This document shows, piece after piece, positions 37,046 to 46,121 of a stretch of DNA of 64,000 bases (position 1 is the stretch's first letter; the number at the start of each line of letters is the position of its first letter). The notes under the pieces are model-generated. The model made no database searches. It was not told the origin of the DNA and saw only the letters and a list, made by a program, of their open reading frames with translations. The translations under genes were made by a program, and so were the position numbers. Source of the stretch: a virus; the IMG/VR virus record IMGVR_UViG_3300013132_000039, positions 12,638-76,637 of that record. One strand, written 5' to 3'.

Positions 37046-40000
37046 ATGGCATTAAGTTCACCAGGCGTAGAAGTCAAAGTTATTGACGAATCATTTTATA
37101 CACCAGCTGAGCCTGGCACCGTTCCTCTGATCGTTGTTGCCACAGCTGAAAACAAAACCAACGGCAGCGGCTCTGGAATCGCCCCAGGCACACTTAAAGC
37201 CAATGCTGGAGACATTTATCTTATTACTAGTCAAAGAGATCTTGCAGATACCTTTGGCGATCCTATCTTCAAAACAGATTCAAGCGGCAATCCAGTTCAT
37301 GCTGGAGAGCAAAACGAATATGGTTTACAAGCTGCATATAGCTACTTAGGTGTAAGCAATCGTGCATATGTTGTTCGTGCTGATGTAGACTTAGGTCAAC
37401 TTGATGCACTGGCAGATGAGCCAACAAGTGATTCCGCAGGTGGAACACATTGGTTAGATACCGCAACTAGCACTTGGGGAATATTTGAGTGGAATGGAGC
37501 TGCTGTTACAACAACAGGCGGGCAGACATTTACTAACAAAAAGCCCTTAATTATTACTGAATCTAGTAAAGTTAATCCTGTAAACGGATTTCCAAAGAAT
37601 TCGGTTGGAGCTATCGGTGACTACGCGGTAGTGAGTGTTGATACAGACACAACTACTGGATCATTAACAACTATACACGGTAATAGTTATGAAAATGCTA
37701 TCTATTATAAAAAATCATCAGGTTGGGTACAGGTCGGATCAACAAGCTGGATTAACAGCAGTTTATCGTTACAAATAAGCCCACATACTGATATACCACT
37801 ATGGAAAACAAATGAAAGTAATGCGGCTACCGGAAGCGTTTGGATTAAAACAACATCACCAAATGCAGGAGTTAGCCTTAAGGTAAAACGTTGGAACTCC
37901 AGCACATTATTATGGGACAGATTAAGTTGTCCAGTATATGATAATGGGCATAGTGCAGTTTACGGGTTAGATCCAACTGGTGGCGGAAAAAATATTCTTA
38001 CTGGATCTTTGTATGCTCAAACAAATCATACAGAAGACAGTCAAAAATTAGTTAATTTTAAACTTTATATTCGTGGCGCTTTTGGTTCTACTGTAGTAAC
38101 AAGTAATAAAATTTTAGCAACAACATTTGTAGATGGCACTAGCTATACTTTCCAAATGCGTGAAAGTCTGCTAGATGGTACATTAGATACAGCGAAAACT
38201 ATTACATTTACTGCTGCAACTACAACTGGCGACGATTCTACAGAGGCACCTACAGATGCTGAATCATTAGCCAGTGCAATTAGTGCTGCTGGATTTAATT
38301 TTGTTCAAGCAGAAGTTGACTCTCAAAACAGATTAGTAATAAAGCATATCGGCGGAGGTGAAATGCGCTTTGATAATGGCGGCGGCACTAGCCCATTACC
38401 ATTAATATTTGCTGTATATCAGTATGAGCCTGGTTCAAATAACAATTCAAGAACACGCTTCTTACAAGATGCTCCAGATGCAACAAATGAATATATTGCC
38501 AGCAATTGGGAACCATTAGTATATGCCTCATCATCAACAGCACCAGCTAGAATCCCACTAGATGGTCAGCTATGGTATAGCAGTATTATTGATGAAGTTG
38601 ACATTATGGTACATAATGGTACAACCTGGAAGGGATATCAAAATGTTTATCCAAACGCCAGCGCTCCTTTCGTTGCTGCTAGCGCACCTGAAACAAAAGC
38701 AGACGGTGTAACAGCATTGGAAAACGGAGATATTTGGATTGATAGTAGTGATTTAGAAAAATTTCCACAAATTTATTTTTACAATGCTGCATTGACAAAT
38801 AGACCTGTAGTAAAACGATGGGTTCAACGTGATACCACTGATCAAAGTACAGAAAATGGTGTATTATTTGCTGATGCACGTTGGACAGAAGCTGGTGACG
38901 ATGCTGGTGCAGAAGCAAGCTCAATAACTGATTTGCTTGTGAGTGACTTTTTAGACCCAGATGCTCCAGATCCTGCACTATATCCAAAAGGTATGCTGCT
39001 ATGGAATCTACGTCGTAGCGGGTTTAATGTAAAACAATTTAAGCGTGATTATATTGATACAACAGCTGGTAATCCACGTGATAATGATAGCTCAATGGCT
39101 GATTACTATCCACATCGTTGGGTAACAGTATCAAGCAATCAAGACGATGGTAGTGGTAGCTTTGGTCATAAGGCACAAAGAAAGTACATTGTAAAACAAT
39201 TACAAGCAGTAGTTAATAACAATGACGAACTAAGAGATGAAGAACGTAGAGTGTTTAACTTATTAGCCTGTCCAGGGTATCCTGAGCTAATTGGAGAGCT
39301 TATTTCATTAAACTATGATAGAGCTTTAACAGGATTTGTTGTTGGTGATAGCCCTGCTAGACTAACACCAGACGCTACATCTTTATTAAAATGGGCAAGT
39401 AACGAAAATGTTGCAAATGAAGACAACGACCTTGGTGCTGCAAGCTACGACGAGTATATGGCTATGTTTTATCCTTGGGGCTTCACTAGCGACAACTTCG
39501 GTAATAATATTGTAGTACCTCCAAGCCATATGATGCTAAGAACTATAGCATTAAATGACCAGGTAGCTTATCCTTGGTTTGCTCCAGCTGGTGTTCGTAG
39601 AGGTGGTATAACAAATTCAACAGCAGTAGGCTACATTACAAATGAAGGTGAATTTAGAAGTGTAGCTCTTAATACTGGACAACGTGATACACTATATGAG
39701 CAAAAAGTTAATCCTATTACATTTTTAACTGGAACAGGATTAGTTAACTATGGACAGAAAACAAGAGCAAAAGCAGCAAGTGCTCTAGATCGTATAAATG
39801 TTGCACGTTTAGTAGTATACCTACGCAGACAACTAAGTTTATTAGCTAAACCTTACATTTTCGAGCCAAACGATAAGATAACAAGAGATCAAATTAAGGC
39901 AGCAGCAGAAGCCTTACTACTAGAATTAGTAGGACAACGAGCTCTATATGATTATCTAGTTGTTTGTGATGATTCAAACAACACACCAAGTAGAATTGAT

Positions 40001-40108
40001 CGTAATGAATTATGGTTAGATATTGCTATCGAACCAGTTAAAGCAGTAGAATTTATCTACATTCCATTACGTATTAAGAACACTGGCGAAATTGCAAGCT
40101 TAGGCTAA
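37046..40108 (+). CDS. gp18: Tail sheath protein (1020 aa)
   Basis: SPGVEVKVIDES N-terminus; PWFAPAG.RRG, NPI, DRINVARL, FEPND C-terminus; AGGAG SD before ATG 37046. Confidence 0.95.
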   Translation: MALSSPGVEVKVIDESFYTPAEPGTVPLIVVATAENKTNGSGSGIAPGTLKANAGDIYLITSQRDLADTFGDPIFKTDSSGNPVHAGEQNEYGLQAAYSYLGVSNRAYVVRADVDLGQLDALADEPTSDSAGGTHWLDTATSTWGIFEWNGAAVTTTGGQTFTNKKPLIITESSKVNPVNGFPKNSVGAIGDYAVVSVDTDTTTGSLTTIHGNSYENAIYYKKSSGWVQVGSTSWINSSLSLQISPHTDIPLWKTNESNAATGSVWIKTTSPNAGVSLKVKRWNSSTLLWDRLSCPVYDNGHSAVYGLDPTGGGKNILTGSLYAQTNHTEDSQKLVNFKLYIRGAFGSTVVTSNKILATTFVDGTSYTFQMRESLLDGTLDTAKTITFTAATTTGDDSTEAPTDAESLASAISAAGFNFVQAEVDSQNRLVIKHIGGGEMRFDNGGGTSPLPLIFAVYQYEPGSNNNSRTRFLQDAPDATNEYIASNWEPLVYASSSTAPARIPLDGQLWYSSIIDEVDIMVHNGTTWKGYQNVYPNASAPFVAASAPETKADGVTALENGDIWIDSSDLEKFPQIYFYNAALTNRPVVKRWVQRDTTDQSTENGVLFADARWTEAGDDAGAEASSITDLLVSDFLDPDAPDPALYPKGMLLWNLRRSGFNVKQFKRDYIDTTAGNPRDNDSSMADYYPHRWVTVSSNQDDGSGSFGHKAQRKYIVKQLQAVVNNNDELRDEERRVFNLLACPGYPELIGELISLNYDRALTGFVVGDSPARLTPDATSLLKWASNENVANEDNDLGAASYDEYMAMFYPWGFTSDNFGNNIVVPPSHMMLRTIALNDQVAYPWFAPAGVRRGGITNSTAVGYITNEGEFRSVALNTGQRDTLYEQKVNPITFLTGTGLVNYGQKTRAKAASALDRINVARLVVYLRRQLSLLAKPYIFEPNDKITRDQIKAAAEALLLELVGQRALYDYLVVCDDSNNTPSRIDRNELWLDIAIEPVKAVEFIYIPLRIKNTGEIASLG

Positions 40109-40122
40109 TTTAGGAGAAAATA

Positions 40123-40764
40123 ATGGCAATCGCTTCATTGAAAAATTTTACAGTTCCACTAGCATCTCAATCTGTCGCTACTAATGCTGGCCTATTAATG
40201 CCTAAACTGAAATATAGGTTTAGAGTAATATTTCTAAATTTTGGCGCAGGTGGCGGAGCAGTCGCGGAACTTACAAAACAGGTTGTTGATGCAACCAGAC
40301 CAAACGTTCAGTTCACAAACGTTCCTATTGAAGTTTATAACAGTAAAGTAAACATTGCTGGTAAGCACACCTGGCAAACTTTAACTATTAACCTTAGAGA
40401 CGACGCTACAGGTAATATTAGCAAGTTAGTTGGTGAGCAGCTTCAAAAGCAATTTGACTTTTTAGAGCAAAGTTCTGCTGTAGCAGCACAAGATTATAAA
40501 TTCCAAACCAATATTGAAATATTAGATGGCGGTAACGGTGCTGATAATAATACTACTTTAGAAACCTGGGAATGTTATGGTTGTTACTTAGAACAAGTTA
40601 ACTATCAACAATTAGCATATTCTGACAGCAACCCAGTTACTATTTCTTTAACTATCAGACCTGATAACTGTTTACAAACAGCTGGTGGCAACTATCCAGG
40701 CGTTGGAGCTAAGATAGCTAGATTAGCTGGTACATTGGCAAGCGGACAAACTGTAGGAGGTTAA
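40123..40764 (+). CDS. gp19: Tail tube protein
   Basis: YRFRV.F...AGKHTWQTLTINLRDD...DYKF...LDG...W..YGC; follows the sheath gene. Confidence 0.85.
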   Translation: MAIASLKNFTVPLASQSVATNAGLLMPKLKYRFRVIFLNFGAGGGAVAELTKQVVDATRPNVQFTNVPIEVYNSKVNIAGKHTWQTLTINLRDDATGNISKLVGEQLQKQFDFLEQSSAVAAQDYKFQTNIEILDGGNGADNNTTLETWECYGCYLEQVNYQQLAYSDSNPVTISLTIRPDNCLQTAGGNYPGVGAKIARLAGTLASGQTVGG

Positions 40765-40777
40765 AGTTTTAATTCAC

Positions 40778-40804
40778 AAAAAAACACCCTCAAGGTGTTT
40801 TTTT
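40778..40804 (+). terminator. Intrinsic terminator, possibly bidirectional
   Basis: AAAAAAACACC-ctcaa-GGTGTTTTTTT. Confidence 0.8.
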
Positions 40805-40851
40805 GTAGAGGTTCATTAACTGCGTATATTATATTTCTAATAAATATTTAT

Positions 40852-41940
40852 ATGACAAGTAAAAGTAATAGTTGGTTCATTAATAATTTAACCAGTCCTA
40901 AGGGTCAGGTAGCTGACTTTCAACACGCAGCAAGGTTGTTTGTTGATGATGATCTTAGACTTGCTCCTAAGCTAAAATTTCAATTTCACGTCAGTTTTAG
41001 TGTTAACCCATCTGCTCTTAAAAGTTTAAATTTTAATTATAGGCATCAGGAAGAGTTCAATATGTTAGTAAAAACTGTTGAACTTCCAAAATTTCAAGTA
41101 CAGGTTGACACCTTAAACCAGTATAATAGAAGAAAAGTTACACAGGTTAAGCTAGATTACCAACCAGTAGTAATAACCTTTCATGAAGATAATAGTAATG
41201 TTGTAAGGACATTATGGGATAGCTATTATAGCTACTATTATGCTGATAATGATGCATCAAAAATTAAGGCAAACTATATTAGATCATCTATGTTAGGACC
41301 TAGTTTTATTAGAACTCCATATGGATTTGATAACGGAAGTACTGTGCCATTTTTTAATAATATTACAATCTATCTAATGGCGAGACATAGGTATAATTCA
41401 GTACAATTAATTAATCCTGTAATTACTGCTTTTACTCATGATACTGCAAATTACGCTGAATCAAGTCCTATACAGAATTCGATGACTTTAGCATACGAAG
41501 CAGTTAACTATGATGAAGGAAATGTTTCAAAAGGTAATCCACCGGGATTCGCTTCTAGTCACTATGATCACACTCCTAGTCCGCTAAGTTTAGCAGGCGG
41601 TGGTACTGCTACAGTTTTTGGGCCAGGAGGAGTACTAGCAGGTGCTTCAACTATATTCGGTGACCTAGCATCAGGAAAAACATTTGATAATCCAGCAAAT
41701 TTTTTAACCACTGCAATACAAACTATTAATACATATCAAAATGCAAAAAGTTTAACAAAAGCAGGAGTTAAAAATGAATTACAAAATATTGCTGTGAAAG
41801 GAATAACTGCCGGTGCACGAGAATTAAATACTCCTAATTCCCCTTATAATAGACAGTTTCCTGTAAATGATACCGGTAATCAACAAGATACAACAAAAGG
41901 AACACCATATGGAGGATCGACCCAGGGAGGTGGCCCATGA
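40852..41940 (+). CDS. Tail-tube-like baseplate protein (gp54/gp48-type tube initiator)
   Basis: LVKTVELPKF...NQYNRR...YQPVVITFHED...LINPVIT...MTLAYE tube-fold pattern; ATG 5 nt after AATAAATA. Confidence 0.6.
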   Translation: MTSKSNSWFINNLTSPKGQVADFQHAARLFVDDDLRLAPKLKFQFHVSFSVNPSALKSLNFNYRHQEEFNMLVKTVELPKFQVQVDTLNQYNRRKVTQVKLDYQPVVITFHEDNSNVVRTLWDSYYSYYYADNDASKIKANYIRSSMLGPSFIRTPYGFDNGSTVPFFNNITIYLMARHRYNSVQLINPVITAFTHDTANYAESSPIQNSMTLAYEAVNYDEGNVSKGNPPGFASSHYDHTPSPLSLAGGGTATVFGPGGVLAGASTIFGDLASGKTFDNPANFLTTAIQTINTYQNAKSLTKAGVKNELQNIAVKGITAGARELNTPNSPYNRQFPVNDTGNQQDTTKGTPYGGSTQGGGP

Positions 41941-42311
41941 TAGATAAACAAAATTTTCCTAGCAATTCTCCTCCTGATAGCTCAGCTAAGGTTAAGTCTT
42001 TTTTTGATCGCTATTTTTTACATCAAATAACATTTCCTAGTAATCAAATAGATGCTGTTGTGGGACATTTTATTAAACGTGGGTTCGATGAAATTGCTGC
42101 CAAAAGTACAGCTATAGTATTACTTACACAAAGTAGACTAGAAAATGTAAATGTTTTTCAATTACTAGATACATTAAAAGGTGTGTCAGACCAAGAACTT
42201 AGCCTTGTAGTAGCAGAAATTTTAAACGTTTATAGAGAAAAAACTAGCAGTTTAGGCTTTAAAAGCACTACGTTAACTGAAAATTACGAGAGCAGAAATA
42301 TTCGTCAATGA
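41937..42311 (+). CDS. Hypothetical protein
   Basis: ATGA-coupled on both sides. Confidence 0.65.
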   Translation: MIDKQNFPSNSPPDSSAKVKSFFDRYFLHQITFPSNQIDAVVGHFIKRGFDEIAAKSTAIVLLTQSRLENVNVFQLLDTLKGVSDQELSLVVAEILNVYREKTSSLGFKSTTLTENYESRNIRQ

Positions 42312-42739
42312 AACGAAACTACGCTCAAGGAAAATATAACATATCTAATCCTGACAAATACGTGGGCAATCGCCAACCTACATATAGATCAAGCTGGGAA
42401 TGGAACTTTATGAGGTTCTGCGACAGCAATCCTAACATATTAAAATGGGCCAGTGAAGCAATTAAAATTCCATATAAAGATCCTTTTACAGGACGACAAA
42501 CAATTTATGTGCCTGATTTTTTTATACAATATGTAGATAAAAACAGTAAAGTTCATACCGAACTTATTGAAGTTAAGCCTGCAAGTCAAACACTAAAAGA
42601 GCACGTAGGTAAAAGTAAACATAATCAAGTACAATATGCTAAAAATCAATATAAATGGCGTGCTGCTTATGAATGGTGCGGTAAACAAGGAATAAAATTT
42701 CGAATCTTAACCGAAAATGATTTGTTCACCAATAGATAA
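42308..42739 (+). CDS. gp4: Head completion nuclease, gp4-like (PD-(D/E)XK)
   Basis: NPDKYVG...YRSSWE..FM..CD...WASE...YVPDF...LIEVKP...KW.AA...FRILTE. Confidence 0.9.
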   Translation: MKRNYAQGKYNISNPDKYVGNRQPTYRSSWEWNFMRFCDSNPNILKWASEAIKIPYKDPFTGRQTIYVPDFFIQYVDKNSKVHTELIEVKPASQTLKEHVGKSKHNQVQYAKNQYKWRAAYEWCGKQGIKFRILTENDLFTNR

Positions 42740-42747
42740 GTATTTGT

Positions 42748-43218
42748 ATGAAAAAACTTGAAGAAATACTTAATTTACCTGAAAGCAAAAAAACTATTAA
42801 AAAAGCTGAGAGAGAAGAAATTAAAACAGCGAATCAACCTATGCTACGGGACATAGGAGAGTTTGATAAAATAAGTGCTGCTCTACCACAGGTTAAAGGG
42901 TTAGGCGATATGAGCGATAGTGAATTTGATTCATTAGCTCAACGTGCTACCGATGCTTTTGATGATCTTATGGATCTTGGAATGAATGTAGAAGCTAGAT
43001 ACAGTGGTCGTGTATTTGAAGTAGCTAGTACAATGTTAAAAAATGCTATTGATGCTAAAGCAGCAAAAATAGATAAAAAGTTAAAAATGATTGAATTACA
43101 AATAAAGAAAGAAAAGTTAGACAAAGAAACTTCTAATGAAGGAATCGATGTAAGTGGCACTGGAGTTATTGTGACAGATCGCAATAGCCTAATTGAAAAA
43201 CTTAAGAATATGAAATAA
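42748..43218 (+). CDS. gp16: Terminase small subunit, gp16-like
   Basis: Helical protein, RVFEVASTMLKNAIDA, C-terminal DRNSLIEKL; upstream of the large terminase. Confidence 0.65.
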   Translation: MKKLEEILNLPESKKTIKKAEREEIKTANQPMLRDIGEFDKISAALPQVKGLGDMSDSEFDSLAQRATDAFDDLMDLGMNVEARYSGRVFEVASTMLKNAIDAKAAKIDKKLKMIELQIKKEKLDKETSNEGIDVSGTGVIVTDRNSLIEKLKNMK

Positions 43219-43221
43219 ATA
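43214..43221 (+). promoter_or_regulatory. Late promoter AATAAATA
   Basis: Overlaps the gp16 stop, upstream of an AGGA SD. Confidence 0.6.
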
Positions 43222-43239
43222 TATTATTAGGATCACGGT

Positions 43240-43854
43240 ATGAAATCGTTTAAAGAATACTTAGTTGAAAGTCAAGAAGAAAAAATCTACAGCTTTAAGT
43301 TAAAAGTTGCAGGTGAGCTGCCTGATAATTTTGAAGATGTTGTAGAAACTTGTCTAAAAAAATATGAATGTTGCAAATTTTCAAAGTCAAAAACAGTCCC
43401 TATCCAAGAAACATTACCTGACTTTCCTGATCTTAAAAATTTAGAAGTTAGCGTGTTTGATGTTGATTGCAAGTATCCTACAACAAGCACAGTTTTAACA
43501 AGCTATATTGCAGAACATACAGGTGTGCCTGTTAGCTTTGTAAAAGTAAGAAGTCTACGGGAAGAAGAAGCAGCAGAGGTTAAAGAAAATCCAGAAACAA
43601 GTGGCGGAAAAGCTCTTATTGGCCAATGTGACTTTCCTAAAGAAAACCATCAAAGTTTAGTAGGTGAAAAACACGTTTCTGCTTTCCTAAAAGAACTTGC
43701 TAAAGAACGTAAAAAGAACGAGCCACAGCAATACAAAGGTGTAAATGACCAGTTACTAGCTAAAAAGGCTCATAGAGAAAAAGCCAATGAAATGGCAAAA
43801 CCAGGACCAGCAAAAAGTGCCCTTAAGGGTCTAACTGGCAGATTCTCTAATTAA
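43240..43854 (+). CDS. Probable internal head protein
   Basis: N-terminal MKSFKEYLVE resembles the T4 capsid-targeting sequence. Confidence 0.6.
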   Translation: MKSFKEYLVESQEEKIYSFKLKVAGELPDNFEDVVETCLKKYECCKFSKSKTVPIQETLPDFPDLKNLEVSVFDVDCKYPTTSTVLTSYIAEHTGVPVSFVKVRSLREEEAAEVKENPETSGGKALIGQCDFPKENHQSLVGEKHVSAFLKELAKERKKNEPQQYKGVNDQLLAKKAHREKANEMAKPGPAKSALKGLTGRFSN

Positions 43855-43864
43855 GGACATCAAA

Positions 43865-44458
43865 ATGAATTTTCAAGAACTTTATAAAAAAATATATGAA
43901 TTAGATAATCCTGTCGTAGAAGAACCCAATGAAGGCAACGCTTATGGACAGGCAGTTCAAAACACTCCTCCCGGTGAAGAAATTAAAATTAATGGCAAGG
44001 GGACAGGAGACATTAAACGAGAAGAAACTTTATCAAATGAGTGTGGACCAGAGATGGGGCCTGGTCCATCTACTCAACAGGATAATGTTAGTATGAATGT
44101 TAATATGAGTGGTAGTGGTTCAGGCGGTATTAGAGATTTAATTAATATCCTTAAAAACATTGAAGGAGAACACGGTGGTGGCAGTGATGACCTAGGCGAT
44201 TTGATCGGAAAAATGGACCACCCACATGACGATGAACACGGTGATATGGGGGCTAAAAAAGGTGTAGTAATAGGTGATGACCAGCCAGTTGACGAATTCG
44301 CCAATGAGCCTTCAGAACAAAATCTTCCATTGCCTATGGCCGGAAATGATTTGCATAAGCCACACGGAAATTATCCAGCAACACAACCTGGAGATAATCC
44401 TATGGCAGTTGCGAGAATACGCGAAAATTTAGAAAACTTATATAAAAAATATCAATAA
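43865..44458 (+). CDS. Low-complexity acidic protein, possible prohead core/internal protein
   Basis: G/D/E/P-rich, likely disordered, with helical ends; AAGGA SD. Confidence 0.55.
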   Translation: MNFQELYKKIYELDNPVVEEPNEGNAYGQAVQNTPPGEEIKINGKGTGDIKREETLSNECGPEMGPGPSTQQDNVSMNVNMSGSGSGGIRDLINILKNIEGEHGGGSDDLGDLIGKMDHPHDDEHGDMGAKKGVVIGDDQPVDEFANEPSEQNLPLPMAGNDLHKPHGNYPATQPGDNPMAVARIRENLENLYKKYQ

Positions 44459-44478
44459 TCCTTGTAACCAAAACTTCT

Positions 44479-44505
44479 AAATAGGCTCATAGAGCCTATT
44501 TTTTT
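44479..44505 (+). terminator. Intrinsic terminator
   Basis: AAATAGGCTC-ata-GAGCCTATTT followed by a T run. Confidence 0.8.
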
Positions 44506-44517
44506 CTTAAATACATT

Positions 44518-46110
44518 ATGGCTGGAAAAAGTTTAGACGGTGTCTTAATTAAAAAGGCACATAAGCAAACATCATTCACTAATGATCAGGTAGAAGACCT
44601 TGTTAAGTGTAGTGCCGATAATGGCTATCATTATTTTTGTGATAATTTCTTTTACATACAACATCCTGTAAGAGGTAAGCTTTTATTTGCACCTTTTACT
44701 TACCAAACACGTTTATTAGATGCATATCATTTTCATAGATTTAATGTAAACTTATTACCACGACAAATGGGTAAAACTACCTGTGCCGCAGGATATCTGC
44801 TTTGGTATGCAATGTTTCATCCTGATCAAACTATTTTAATTTCAGCACACAAATATACAGGGTCGCAGGAAATTATGCAGCGTATTCGATATGGCTATGA
44901 ATTGTGTCCCGACCATATACGATGTGGTGTAACAAACTATAACAAAGGTAGCATAGAATTTGACAACGGCAGTCGTATTGTAAGCACAACTACTACTGAA
45001 AACACAGGACGAGGTATGAGTATTAGTTTACTCTACTGTGACGAGTTTGCTTTTGTGCCACCTAATATTGCTGCTGAATTTTGGACCTCAATAAGTCCTA
45101 CACTAGCAACTGGTGGTAAATGTATTATTACTAGCACACCTAACAGTGACGAAGATACATTTGCTATGATATGGAAGGAAGCTAACAAGAAATTTGATGA
45201 GTATGGTAATGAACGTGAAGTAGGTATTAATGGCTTTTATCCCTTTACCTGTCAATGGGATGAACACCCTGACAGAGACGATGCTTGGGCTACAGAAGAA
45301 CGGGGGCGCATTGGAGAAGAACGTTTTCGTCGTGAATATAACTGCGAATTCTTAATCTATGATGAAACACTTATCAATAGTATTCATTTAGCCGGAATGG
45401 AAGGAAAAGCACCTATTTTAAATATGGGACAAATACGATGGTATAAAACTCCTAGTAAAGAATTCAGTTATGCTATTGCACTAGATCCTAGCTTAGGAAC
45501 AGGTGGAAATAATGCTGCTATAGAGATATTTGAATTACCTAGCTTCACACAGGTCGGAGAATGGCAGCACAACCTTACTCAAATAAGCCAGCAAGTAAAA
45601 ATTATGAGAGATATTTTACGCTACATCTCAGAATGTATCGGTGAAGATAACAATAATAATATCTATTGGAGTATAGAAAATAATAACATAGGTGAAGCAG
45701 GACTAATATGTATAAGAGACTTAGGTGAAGAAACTTTTCCAGGGCTTTTTATCAGTGAACCAATAAGAAAGGGGCACGTTAGAAAATTCCGAAAAGGATT
45801 TAATACAACTCACAAAACTAAAATTAGTGCTTGTGCCAGATTAAAGTACCTAATAGAATCTAATAAACTCACTGTTAATAGCAAGCCTCTTGTTTCAGAG
45901 TTAAAAACTTTTGTGGCAAGTGGAATTACCTATAAGGCCAAGCTAGAAGAGCAAGATGACTTAGTAAGTGCCTGTTTACTTATTGTAAGAATGACTCAAA
46001 TTTTAGCAGATTGGGATAGCAAAATATTTGATGCTTTCAGCACAAATGAAGCCTGGAATGAAGAAGAATATGAACCCCCTATGCCTATTTTCATTTCAAC
46101 AGCCCTTTGA
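44518..46110 (+). CDS. gp17: Terminase large subunit
   Basis: Walker A PRQMGKTT, Walker B LLYCDEFAF, TSTPN, FRREYNCEF, nuclease DPSLG...DDLV; no intein seen. Confidence 0.96.
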   Translation: MAGKSLDGVLIKKAHKQTSFTNDQVEDLVKCSADNGYHYFCDNFFYIQHPVRGKLLFAPFTYQTRLLDAYHFHRFNVNLLPRQMGKTTCAAGYLLWYAMFHPDQTILISAHKYTGSQEIMQRIRYGYELCPDHIRCGVTNYNKGSIEFDNGSRIVSTTTTENTGRGMSISLLYCDEFAFVPPNIAAEFWTSISPTLATGGKCIITSTPNSDEDTFAMIWKEANKKFDEYGNEREVGINGFYPFTCQWDEHPDRDDAWATEERGRIGEERFRREYNCEFLIYDETLINSIHLAGMEGKAPILNMGQIRWYKTPSKEFSYAIALDPSLGTGGNNAAIEIFELPSFTQVGEWQHNLTQISQQVKIMRDILRYISECIGEDNNNNIYWSIENNNIGEAGLICIRDLGEETFPGLFISEPIRKGHVRKFRKGFNTTHKTKISACARLKYLIESNKLTVNSKPLVSELKTFVASGITYKAKLEEQDDLVSACLLIVRMTQILADWDSKIFDAFSTNEAWNEEEYEPPMPIFISTAL

Positions 46111-46121
46111 TAAATATAGTT

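Noticed and set aside
42308-42739. TnsA transposase / mobile element
   Set aside because: The PD-(D/E)XK motif is explained by T4 gp4 head-completion protein in its usual context; no TnsB or terminal repeats
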